Made by a program: the position numbers and the translations under genes. Shown here piece after piece: positions 22,956 through 36,100 of a stretch of DNA of 64,000 nt (within the stretch, counting starts at the first letter, position 1; every line of letters begins with the position of its first letter). The stretch is from positions 7,173,929 through 7,237,928 of the forward strand of contig OZ037769.1 of assembly GCA_964035545.1 (NCBI GenBank), read 5' to 3'. Source of the stretch: Bugula neritina. Lineage: Eukaryota; Animalia; Bryozoa. The notes beneath the pieces were generated by a model. That model saw nothing but the letters and a program-made list of their open reading frames with translations, was not told the origin of the DNA and searched no databases.

Positions 22956-25783
22956 ATGGCTGCTAAAGAAATCGACATGGATAGATCACGTATTAAGGAA
23001 TTTATATTCAAAGTGACAAAAACTATGTGGCTGATAATGGCATGGATATCTCTGGTATGTGTGAAGATACTGTAGTAGTGGTAAAGCTTGACTAATTCTT
23101 GGTGTTTGCTAATATTGCTCAGCATTCACTCTGGGTGGGCAAGCACCATTAAAGCTATAAATATTTTACTGAAGATATTTTATTGAATGAAAACATTGAA
23201 AAACAAAAAATTCTGTCACATGAGGAATCTTTGCTTAGCTAGGGTGGGTAACTTTGGGTTTGGTTTTAACTTGACTGCTTGTATGGCCCAACAACCTCTT
23301 ATAATAAAAACCCAGCTAATATTATACTAAACTACCTCAACAACTTGGTGTTAGTTGGCGATTAGCTCGTAACAGAATGTAGTTTCTGGCACTAAATTCG
23401 GTTTCAGAAACTTTACGTTCTCAGTTTATTGCTGGAGGCTTATTGACTATTGCAAAATCATTTTATCCACATACTCTCTATTATGCAACTAAGTGTGTTG
23501 GCTACAGTAAATTTGTTAAACTTTTGAGGGTCTAGCATCTGAAATCACTGGAGTGACTCTGCAGGATTTGAGAGAAAGAACAGGGTCCGACTATGAGCGC
23601 ATAGGTCAAGCAATTTCTATGAGAATGGCAGGCATGGGTGCTGGAGCCATCCTTGGTGAGCTAACTAGAATATAAAGTATTGATATTACACTGCACTACT
23701 TCTCATATTATCATGTTACATCTGAAATAGTCAATTTAAACAGAATTTACTGAGGTTTGAGCAACCATGCAAAAATAATTAAAATATGGCAGCTGTGATC
23801 CAGGGGTTAGAGAGTGTGCTTAGTAAACAGGAAGTCATGGGTTCGAACCCGACAAAGGCCATTGGTGATGCTAGGAAGAGCATCCAGTCATAATTGCTCC
23901 TATGCCCCATCTTAATAAGTCCTTAGCGAGATTTAACAGAAACCTTTTCCATCACAGACTATAAACTTGAGTAAGTAAATGAAAATATTTGTCTTCTACA
24001 CTAAACTAAAAATCATGGAAATAATACAACAGCTATATTGACAATTATCACTTCATCCACCTGTAACATAGTGTACAACACAGACATCTGTTGATTTTGA
24101 CAGGGGGCTGGCTACTAACCAGACTTACTAAACACACGGATTTAGTTATAGCCTTAGGTCTAGCTGTGGAAGCTTCACTGTGTGCTGCAATCGCCTACAC
24201 CCCATACATTGAAATCATGTTCTTAGAATTCACCATTCAGGGCCTGGCAGAGACATTCATGGCAATTGGTAAGTTTTGTTAGAATATATTAAATGCACAT
24301 TAAATGTTCTTCATATAATAGAATCTGCTGCTTATGACAATGTAAATTACATTCAAATTGCTTGCAACTGACTTTTGAATGTGAGGTACATGATATATTC
24401 AGGTTTGTCCCAGTTTGACCTTGACTTCTAAATTATAGGGATGTGCAGGTATACCTGTAGTTAAGAACATACTAACATTTGGCAACAGTTGAGCTATTTT
24501 TTCAAGGTATGAATGAGCAACTGAATTGAAAATCATAATCCTTCCTCAACATGTAGTCTTGCTCAAATTAATTCTCTTTTTGAGTAGACCTCAGAGGTGG
24601 TATACTAAAACTCAGGACACAACCAGTGGGCCTGGCAAGGACACATACATGTTGGCAAACATGATCCAATGCAACCATTCTTATGTAACCTGTGTACCAT
24701 TCTTATGTATGTTATACTGCAGGGGGTCAGCAAATTGTAATCAGAATATGGAAAGACAGAGCGGCTGCACCACTGCACATCCTCCATTGTGGGTACGGCG
24801 TTGGCAGCTTCATTGTACCACAGATAGTCAAACCATTTCTCAGCAAACGGGTTGCAAAAACTGCCTCCAAGTTTCATATAAGTAACTGCTTAAACCAATC
24901 ACTTGATTCCAACTTTACTGTAAATCAGACTGAAATCACAACTATAACAACCACTACAGAACAAACACACTTTGAATATGGATATCTTATCGTCATGGCA
25001 ATAAACCTAGTGGTAGGAATGGTGTTTGTAATCTACTTCTGGATTGGCAAGAGCAGCAGCAGATATGTGGAGAGGTCAACAGAGGAGGAAAACAAAGCCA
25101 GCCAGAAACTTAAAGAAATATTAAATTGTAATAGCTGTTCACCAGGGCATCCATGGTATGCCGGGATTATATTCTGCCTTCTATTCGTATGGTTCTACAT
25201 AGCTGTTGGAGGACAGATGGTGTTTGCTAACTACCTATATTCATACGCCCGAGATTTGATGTGCCTAACTAAAGATGTTGCTGCAGATATACAATCCATG
25301 TTTTGGGTTGGTTTCACAGCAGGACGGTTTGCAGGCTTTATCTTTGCTGTATGCATTCCTATGAAAATTCTAATATTTATAGAAGCGGGTGGAAATCTGA
25401 TAAGCTCACTTGTGTTATATTTTAATTCTACAAACAGAAACGTAGTTTGGGCATTCGCATGCATCTCAGGATTCTTCATCGGCCCTTTGTACCCTACCGG
25501 CATATCATGGGCCAACAGATACATCACACTGACTGGGGTGGCTTATACAATTACTCTCGTAGGAGGAGGTATGGCTGGTGTATCATTCACAGTGGCTATC
25601 GGCTGGTTCTTTCAACACAACGGTCCAAAACCTATGCTATACTTTGTTATAGCTTATAGCGCTTTAGCATGTGCACTAGCTATTTCAATGCATCTAGTAG
25701 CAAGAACTAGAGGGGACAAATTCGAAAGAGAAGACAATACAAGTGAAACGAACAAAGCTGTAGGCAAAGAGAGTGAACTATAG
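22956..25783 (+). CDS. Major facilitator superfamily transporter, MFSD4/sodium-dependent glucose transporter 1-like
   Basis: Exons 22956-23054 (MAAKEIDM...AWISL), 23529-23655 (GLASEITGVTLQDL...), 24104-24268 and 24724-25783. Family motifs LHCGYGVGSFIVPQIVKPFL, FWVGFTAGRF and GPLYPTGISW; about 12 hydrophobic segments. Confidence 0.9.
23788..23985 (+). mobile_element. tRNA-derived SINE in an MFS intron
   Basis: tRNA-like head with B box GGTTCGAACCC, followed by a body with GGTGATGCTAGGAAGAGCATCCAG and an A-rich end. Confidence 0.7.
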
Positions 25784-25893
25784 ATAATGGGACACTCACT
25801 TCATAAGTATAGAATGTACATAGACAATAGGAGACTGAACTGAAACAATTATCTTAGCTACACTTAAACATAGACTTCCATTTTGCAAACTTA

Positions 25894-26288
25894 GCCTAGG
25901 GCCACACTGTGGGTATTTTCGCATCGAAAATTTGAACCACAAGTAAAAAAGGTGTCCACTGTACGGAATGTAGCTTTGCGTTTAACTTTACTGCCTGCCT
26001 TGTTGCTATGGCTACACGTGCAGGAGGGGGATACATTAAATTTTTCATTTTTAAATCTCACTTGCTTTCAATAAAACGCAATTTACTGGAATGTAGCACT
26101 AAATTAAGGAAAGTGGGCTCGCTAAATAACTACCAGCCAATTAGGTGCCGACAACAAAAAATATTCGCACTTGCGTTCAGAATGCTGAGCGACAAGTGCG
26201 AATATTTTTTCAACGCGTACAGTGGACATCTTTTTTACCTACAGTGCAAATTTTTGTCTACGAAAATACGCACCGTGTGGCCCTACGC
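25894..26288. mobile_element. PIF/Harbinger-type (Tourist-like) MITE
   Basis: About 75-bp imperfect TIRs GCCTAGGGCCACAC.../...GTGTGGCCCTACGC, flanked by a TTA duplication (25891-25893 and 26289-26291). Confidence 0.85.
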
Positions 26289-27138
26289 TTATTGTTTACA
26301 AATGTGACATGATTACACTGGTGCGTGTACAAGTATCTAGTGAACATTGATAGCCAGTGCCACTCCTAAAACTCCTTAGTTTCATTATTAGTTATTAGTG
26401 ATACTCTCAGTACTGTACACTCAGTGTCATGCTCACTGACTCCTATCTACTAACCAGTAGTCAATGTCAGTATATCACTGATTACCAGGTACTAATTAAA
26501 CCAACTGTTCTACAAGATCTTGTAGCTACCCAAGTCAGATAAGCTTAGTGAACTTTTGACTAATAACCAGTAGAGTATTGTGGTTAGGCAAGAATTTTAT
26601 TAAAAAATTATCAATTACTTATTTATAAGTAACAAACATCCATGCTTTCTTATTGTTTTGAATTATAACGAATTAAAACCAACCAAAGCCGTTCTTTTAA
26701 TTTGACAAATCAGTTCACAAAATAAAATCTTACATCAATGGTTGACTAGTATAAGGGAAAACATTAAATAATCCAGGAGTAGACAACAACTTAACTGGTT
26801 ACTGATAACCAAGTAGCAACAGTGGATATTTGCCAGCTATTGCCGCCATTTTCCAGCACTGCAAGTATAATGCTATATATCTCTTTACAACAGATATTTC
26901 TTTTTAAATATATATATATCTCTTTCAAATACTGGTGTTTTAGAAGTATCTTTGCTTTAAAATTTCCAGTTTCAGATTGACTTGGCGATTTTGATTATAA
27001 AATGACAGCAAAAGTGGCAAATTTCTACACTGCAAAATTAGCCTACATTCCAATCTTACTTTTGCTTTAGTAAGTAATGCACCCTACTTGAGTACAATGT
27101 CAGGTGTAGAAACTGAGCAAAGACTTGCTGAGACACCC

Positions 27139-30100
27139 CTAAAGACCGGCCGGGAAGAGTGACCAGATGGGAGAGTCGGTTGGCACGGCTGACATGGCCG
27201 TCTGGAACCTCTCAGGTTCCGTGTCTTTCAGATCTTTTATCATTAGAGCCAGTTTATCAGATGTCGCTACAGTACACACACATTACAGTATACACTACAG
27301 TACAGTATACACTACAGTACAGTATACACACAGTACAGTACCCAGTACAGTATCCACACTACAGTGCACTAACAAATAAAATGAATCGGTATTAGTTAAC
27401 AAAATATAATATGTAGTAGTAGCCTGGCTGTTCAATTTTGTACTTATTAGAAACAAAATAAAGGGGCGACAGCGTTGGTGAAACAAGTGTTACCCATTGA
27501 CATACCATTCAATGAAATTATATTCTCTTCTGCAAGTACATCTTGAAAACAAGTTGCTCTCAAAATTGTTATCAATTTTAGTGTATGTGCGTGGTGCGTG
27601 CGTGTGTGAACAACATATAAGGAACATAGCGTGTGCCTGGACCTTGTGCCTAGGCCCTAGTGGGTCTTATATCCAATTTTATAAATGAATAAACTTAGCG
27701 CTTGTGTAGAATAAAGAATTTCTAGAAGACACTGAGTGTTGCTAATTATCAGCTAGCACTTCATGAGTTACCCTATACTGGTCATTTAGATTTGAGCAAG
27801 TCTCACATACACTACTATCTCCTTACACCTGTTACTGGCAAACTTGCCTAAGGTCTTATTCACATGAAATGGAAGGGCTAGAAAAAACACTATAAGAACG
27901 AAATCTAACAAAGTAACTTCAATTTTATTGTTTTACCGAGAAAATAGAGTATATAATGGCAGCAGGCATGTGTGGCGGCCATCTTGGCCATTTCCCATCC
28001 AACAACAGTGTTCGTTATTAGGTGAGGGGAGATTAGAAAAAGTAAAAATTGATGTATTAAAGGTTGACCTTTTAATATGTATGTTATAAATGCAGACAAA
28101 CTTACCTGTTGATAGTTTATCTGTTTTAAGTGCTTCTGTGATTATCACAAGAAGCTGAGGCATAGTTTCAGCTACCTGTACAACAGAGTAAATACTATAT
28201 AGTATAATAACCTGTACAACAGAGTAAATACTATATAGTATAATAACCTGTACAACACAGAGTAAATACTATATAGTATAATAACCTGTACAACACAGAG
28301 TAAATACTATATAGTATAATAACCTGTACAACACAGAGTAAATACTATATAGTATAATAACCTGTACAACACAGAGTAAATACTATATAGTATAATAACC
28401 TGTACAACACAGAGTAAATACTATATAGTATAATAACCTGTACAACACAGAGTAAATACTATATAGTATAATAACCTGTACAACACAGAGTAAATACTAT
28501 ATATAGTATAATAACCTGTACAACACAGAGTAAATACTATACAGTATAATAACCTATACAACAGAGTAAATACTATACAGTATAATAACCTGTACAACAC
28601 AGAGTAAATATTATAATATAGTATAATAACCTGTACAACACAGAGTAAATACTATATAGTATAATAACCTGTACAACACAGAGTAAATACTATATAGTAT
28701 AATAACCTGTACAACACAGAGTAAATACTATATAGTATAATAACCTGTACAACACAGAGTAAATACTATACAGTATAATAACCTGTACAACAGAGAGTAA
28801 ATACTATACAGTATAATAACCTATACAACAGAGTAAATACTATACAGTATAATAACCTGTACAACACAGAGTAAATATTATAATATAGTATAATAACCTG
28901 TACAACAGAGAGTAAATACTATACAGTATAATAACCTATACAAGACAGAGTAAATACTATACAGTATAATAACCTGTACAACACAGAGTAAATACTATAC
29001 AGTATAATAACCTGTACAACACAGAGTAAATACTATATAGTATAATAACCTGTACAACACAGAGTAAATACTATACAGTATAATAACCTGTACAACACAG
29101 AGTAAATACTATACAGTATAATAACCTGTACAACACAGAGTAAATACTATATAGTATAATAACCTGTACAACACAGAATAAATACTATACAGTATAATAA
29201 CCTGTACAACACAGAGTAAATACTATACAGTATAATAACCTGTACAACAGAGTAAATACTATAATATAGTATAATAACCTGTACAACACGGAGTAAATAC
29301 TATATAGTATAATAACCTGTACAACACAGAGTAAATACTATATAGTATAATAACCTGTACAACACAGAGTAAATACTATATATAGTATAATAACCTGTAC
29401 AACACAGAGTAAATACTATACAGTATAATAACCTATACAACAGAGTAAATACTATACAGTATAATAACCTGTACAACAGAGAGTAAATACTATACAGTAT
29501 AATAACCTATACAAGACAGAGTAAATACTATACAGTATAATAACCTGTACAACACAGAGTAAATACTATACAGTATAATAACCTGTACAACACAGAGTAA
29601 ATACTATATAGTATAATAACCTGTACAACACAGAGTAAATACTATACAGTATAATAACCTGTACAACACAGAGTAAATACTATATAGTATAATAACCTGT
29701 ACAACACAGAATAAATACTATACAGTATAATAACCTGTACAACACAGAGTAAATACTATACAGTATAATAACCTGTACAACAGAGTAAATACTATATTAT
29801 AGTATAATAACCTGTACAACACGGAGTAAATACTATATATAGTATAATAACCTGTACAACACAGAGTAAATACTATATAGTATAATAACCTGTACAACAC
29901 ACAGTAAATACTATATAGTATAATAACCTGTACAACACGGAGTAAATACTATATATAGTATAATAACCTGTACAACACAGAGTAAATACTATATAGTATA
30001 ATAACCTGTACAACACGGAGTAAATACTATATATAGTATAATAACCTGTACAACACAGAGTAAATACTATATAGTATAATAACCTGTACAACAGAGAGTA

Positions 30101-33100
30101 AATACTATATAGTATAATAACCTGTACAACAGAGAGTAAATACTATATAGTATAATAACCTGTACAACACAGAGTAAATACTATATATAGTATAATAACC
30201 TGTACAACAGAGAGTAAATACTATATAGTATAATAACCTGTACAACACAGAGTAAATACTATAATATAGTATAATAACCTGTACAACACAGTAAATACTA
30301 TACTATTAGTATATAGTAACTACTATTAGTACACAGTGACTGCAAGTAACTAACTTACCATTGGCTTGTAGTGTGTGTACATGCAGTCAGCGAAACATTT
30401 ACACACAGTTTCGTATTCGCCGAGATCTTGAGTTATAGGCAGCAGATCCAGAAGGAGGCTGTACACCTGCAGAGTATGCTTTATTGTTTGTAACACAGTG
30501 TAGTGAGGATAGCATCATTAGTGAGTATAATACTAATAGTACATATAACAATAATAGTAAGTATAATACTAATAGTAAGTATAAAAGTAATAGTAAGTAT
30601 AACACTAATGGTAAGTATAATACTAATAGTGAGTATAGCATCAATAGTAAGTAATACACTAATAGCAAGTCTAACGCTAGTAGTAAGTATAACACTAATA
30701 GCTAGTATACAATTAGTAGCAAGTGAAACACTAATAGTGAACACATTCATGATTTCATGAGCATTACTTGACATTAATCATTTACACCTGAACTCAATTT
30801 CAAAAATATCTGTCACCAACTGTAAGAAGTAGCCTTTGCTCTGATATTCTACCATATTTAGCCTGTTCACGGAACATCACATATCTCTGTAATTAGGAAA
30901 CTGCCAATAAAATCCAAGAGGTGCACCAACCTGCTGGACGGGAAGTTGGGTGTGCCCGGCAGATAAGATCCTGGATGTTGAGGCGCAGATATTGTCCCTG
31001 GCTCGAGGATATTTCTCACTTTTAATCATTTCATCAAAAGTTTGCAATATCTGCCCGTATTTACTGATGACGTTGAGTTAAGGAGGTAAACGCAGTACAT
31101 ATGTGTACAGCCAGTGTACCACATAGTGCAACACGCATGCTAAATGCTACAAAGAGCCAACTTGAAACTATTGAAAATAATGTTCAAGTGATTGAGGAAT
31201 AAGCAATAAGAAAACCGGTACATAATATATACACATAAGCCCATTTGTTTTGGCTGTAAATTTAACAATCTTATCGATTGGGCAAGGACAACAAGAGGCT
31301 AGGAGATAGCAGATGCAACAAAAGATCGCAATCGCATAAATTGGTTGCGAGGCTAGGAGATTGTGCCAGAGGCTACGAGGTGAGATAGCAGAATTAGCAG
31401 AAGGATACGGGGCGAGGGCGCCGTTACTGGTGGTCACCAACACTCCCAGAGCGTACACGGAGTTGTTTCTCAGCTCATCATCAGGATCCTTCATACACCT
31501 GAGAAAGATGGGGCTGAGTTGAGCAGCGTAAGGGACGCCCGAGTCACCACCCATCATATCCAGACACTCGGCTATGGTTCCTACGCCATAAGATTTCTCA
31601 GTGGAAGTGCAGCTTGGTTTCTACAATAGTACAATGCTGCACAGTTTAAAACAAAAGTACATAATTATATACGTAGAGCTTATAGTAACAACACCACTAT
31701 TATATGCATTGTTAGTTATTTTACCTCCAGCTTTAAAATGTTATATCAAGTTCCCAAGAATGTCTGTTACAGTCTACTACATGTCACAACAGTCTATTAC
31801 ATGTCACAACAGTCTATTACATGTTACAACAGTCTACTACATGTCACAACAGCCCCACAATGCAACAGAAGCTCCGTAATAGTACTACTCACACATTTCT
31901 TGACGAGGTGAGGCATGAACTGCGCCAGGTACGGAGTGAAGATCTCTGAGCCGACAATCTTGGCAAGAAGTGGCAGAGTGCCGGCAGCGTATTCCAGCAG
32001 AAACGTATCGTACTCGGCCTGTTCCTCATCTTCGTCGTCCTCGTCCTCATCTTGACAGGCCGTCTAGACGATATACATACCAGGAGTAATACTATATATA
32101 ATGGTGATATACATACCAGGAGTAATACTATATACAATGGTGACATACATACCATGGGTAATACTATATACAATGGTGATATACATACCAGGAGTAATAC
32201 TATATATAATGGTGATATACATACCAGGAGTAATACTATACATAATGGTGATATACATACCAGGAGTAATACTATATATAATGGTGATATACATACCAGG
32301 AGTAATACTATATATAATGGTGATATACATACTAGGAGTAATACTATATACAATGGTGATATACATACCAGGAGTAATACTATATATAATGGTGATATAC
32401 ATACCAGGAGTAATACTATATATAATGGTGATATACATACCAGGAGTAATACTATATATAATGGTGACATACATACCAGGAGTTATACTATATATAATGG
32501 TGATATACATACCAGGAGTTATACTATATATAATGGTGATATACATACCAGGAGTAATACTATATACAATGGTGATATACATACCAGGAGTAATACTATA
32601 TATAATGGTGACATACATGTATGCTATACCAGGAGTAATACTACACACTGGCTATCCTTACACAACTGACCCATATTGACTCAGCTGTAACCAAAGCATT
32701 TGGTGTCAATATTTGATTATTTCAACATACTAATTATGTTCTTTCTGTGTGAGATAAGACAATGCTTGGCACTAAATTTCCATGATTGTAACCAACAACT
32801 TTGGAGAAAACCTGAATCTTATAAAACTGCAGGTTATAGAAGAACTCTGTCTCCAATGACCATCAACAAATACTTGTACCAGAACCCATGACCTACTTAT
32901 TACTAGGTAAGCACTTGCATCCCTAACTACTCACAACTCTACAATATTTGGTATGTTAGTATTAGAAGCTCTGTGGAGTACACCTGCATCCCCCCTGTCC
33001 TTCAACTAACCTTGCCACAGAGCACGGCCTTGACCGTAGACACAATGGTGGTAAAACAATCGTCGCTGACTTTAAGAACGTCTTCTCCAATGCTGTCTAA

Positions 33101-36100
33101 CATCTCCTGGAGACAGTATAGAGCCGTCATGGCCAGGCTCCGGTCTCGCTCAGTGCGAACCTGCTCTATGAACTTCGGCACAAGTTCCTCAAGCATAGCT
33201 TTCAGAGCTAAAAGCAGGAATACACATAGGTAGATGTTTAATTGTTGAGATTCCCAAAGACAACACAATATCCCATCAACATCAAATAAGTTACCAGTGT
33301 CGGAGACTGTGTCGGCCATTTTCTTGTTATAGTCATACACTGCGATGGTGAAGTTGGCCAATGCCTTCAGTGAGCTCTTAGTCACATCACTGGAACCATA
33401 TTCTCCTAGCTTCATCGTTTCCTGGTAACACTCCTCTATATATGGCATGAAGTTCTCACTGTACAGATAGGATACAAAATAAGGTTCAACAGTTTCCACA
33501 AGTAAATATTAACTCTAGAATTTATTCACCCTTACAGGCTTGGCGAAGATAACATGGCTGGCCAGTTCAATAGTAAAGAGTTGTACTACAAACATTCTAC
33601 TGGCTTCCGTTGTAGGATATATCTTTGTAGGTTATACATTTCAGCTAAAGGCTAAATTAAAGGCAACCATATTTTTTAAGAAATAATAAATCAAGGTACA
33701 CAAAGAAATATCCAAAAATTTACAGCTATTTCCATTGATTTCACCACTAGATTGATTTAGCACAATGAAGTATGAGTGAAAAATTGATGTAGACGATTCC
33801 ACAAAAAGAAAGACAACTCTCAACTTTTTACAACAAATATATTAAATAAACTGGGTAATTTTCAGAACTAATCACCTAAGCAGTTAACAGTGTTCAAAGC
33901 TGAAGACATGCTAGATTTTATATCTACTTTCATATAGCCATTTCATCACTTGAAAAGCAAATTCCTCTAGTAAAATTCGTTTTTTTTAAAATTTTTAATA
34001 CAATTTACTCTTGATACATAAAATAGTTGATTACACTAGATTAGATTCACTCAGAATTGAAACAAGTGGGCAGTAAAGCTGTCAGTAATTAGTAACTACA
34101 CTGTGTGCCCATCAGGACTATACTTATACTTACTAATACTGCAAGGCTATATCGGATAACGCAGTGCAAGCATCTTCCTTCTCATCCAGGTATGCATTCT
34201 CTATGGAGATCCTAATAACAATAATGGTAGTTAACAGAACTGAAATGTAGTGCAACATGATAATACATTTCAGCTATTACTACCAGGGTTGGGGTCAATT
34301 ACATATGAATTTAATTAATTAAAATTACATGGAAATTTGTCAATTACCATTACAATTACAGTTAATAAGTAATGTAATTAATTACAATTACTCTTGTTCT
34401 CACAAGGAATAAATAAAACTTATGCAATCTCACTACCAGGGGCAATTTTGACAGTGGAGAACCTCCATTGTTTTCAACAGGGATACTATACTACATTGAC
34501 TTAATCTGAACTTGTTATTCAACAGTAGGCATGGTAGGAAAAGCATGAAATTTCTAGGATTTAAAAATTTGAAGTAATTGACATGTAATTATAAAGTAAT
34601 TGTAAAAATCTACTACATTAAATATATAATTAATTACAATTACATTTTATACATCAATTACAAATTAAATTCAATTACTTGAAAAAATGTAATGAATTAC
34701 AACCAATTACAAATTACAATCACCCCAACCCTGCTTACTACTAACTAATATACTAGCAGTATTGTTAGTAGTATTAGTATTACTAGTAGTATTAGTTACT
34801 AGTAGTAGTGTTACTAATAGTAGTGTTACTAGTAGTATTAGTTACTAGCAGTATTGTTAGTAGTATTAGTATTACTAGTAGTATTAGTTACTAGTAGTAG
34901 TGTTGCTAGTAATAGTGTTACTAATAGTAGTGTTACTAGTAGTATTAGTTACTAGTCGTATTAGTTACTAGTCGTATTAGTTACTAGTCGTATTAGTTAC
35001 TAGTCGTATTAGTTACTAGTCGTATTAGTTACTAGTAGTATTAGTTACTAGTCGTATTAGTTACTAGTAGTATTAGTTACTAGTAGTATTAGTTACTAGT
35101 AGTATTAGTTACTAGTAGTAGTGTTACCCAGCAAAGTCCTCGTCGTCTTCTTCCTCCGCAGTGTCATCTAGGTCAAAGTGAGATAGTGCCGGATTATCTT
35201 CCGCCGTGTAGTGAACTTTAACCCCTTCCGTGGACTTCAAAGATTCCAGCATGTAGTTGACTATAGGCTGCAGTTGAGACACCATGTTGGTAGTCTTGAG
35301 AGTGGCAAGAGAGGAGAGGAGGCTGTATCTACAAGCACAGAATAAGGAGATACAACATGGCGGCTATAACATCACTCAGCTAGAACGACGATAAAAATTA
35401 TTATTTCTCAAAGTTTTTCTAAAACCATGAACAAACTTTATAAATTATCACCAAAATATACATGACAGGTTTACCTAGTAGTTACCACAAAAATTATATT
35501 ATTTGCGTTGGATGCGTCAAAACAATACATAAAACCTATGCCCACAACTCCTGTTTATACAGTTTAAATCTTCCATTGCCACCATAACCAAAAAATAATC
35601 TGAAGAAATCCACAATTTCAGCTAAAAAGTTTAATAAACTCCATCAAGAAATATTAGTATGATTGGAGAAATAATGCTCATCAAATAGCAAGACCAGCTG
35701 TTCTACTGTATGCCTAGTCAGGCAAGGCTGAAAATGTAGGTAGACCTGCACATAGACTCACACACTTCATACACAAGAGATAAAGGAAAAATCTGGTGCA
35801 AATTCATTAGACGAGACAGAATAGAATAAACTTACACACAGCGCCGTACATCCGGGTCATTGAACTGTGCAATAAGTGCGAGACCGAGACTAACGCAAGT
35901 GTTGGCTACCTCTTCAGTGAACGTCTCCTCATCCATCTCTCTGGCCATAGAGCTCAGTGTCTCTGTTAGCAAGGTAATGCAAACTTCAGTTAGTGAAAGG
36001 CAATGAATTAACCACTCAACAGCAGTGCTGAACACTCACTTCTAGCTGTACCACAAACTGTCATGTTACTATAATTACTGTAATGTTCCTGCAGCTGAGC

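Noticed and set aside
23788-23860. Functional tRNA gene
   Set aside because: No paired acceptor stem or T-run terminator; it continues into a SINE-like body.
28174-30300. CRISPR-like array of about 38-bp repeats
   Set aside because: Units are head-to-tail with no unique spacers, there are no cas genes, and the context is a eukaryotic intron.
30399-30774. Hydrophobic L/I/V-rich ORFs resembling membrane proteins
   Set aside because: Derived from a 21-bp low-complexity repeat.
31889-32679. Four ORFs of 192-205 aa with periodic sequence
   Set aside because: Translations of a 36-bp minisatellite inside an IPO4 intron; only 32065-31893 is coding, and in a different frame.
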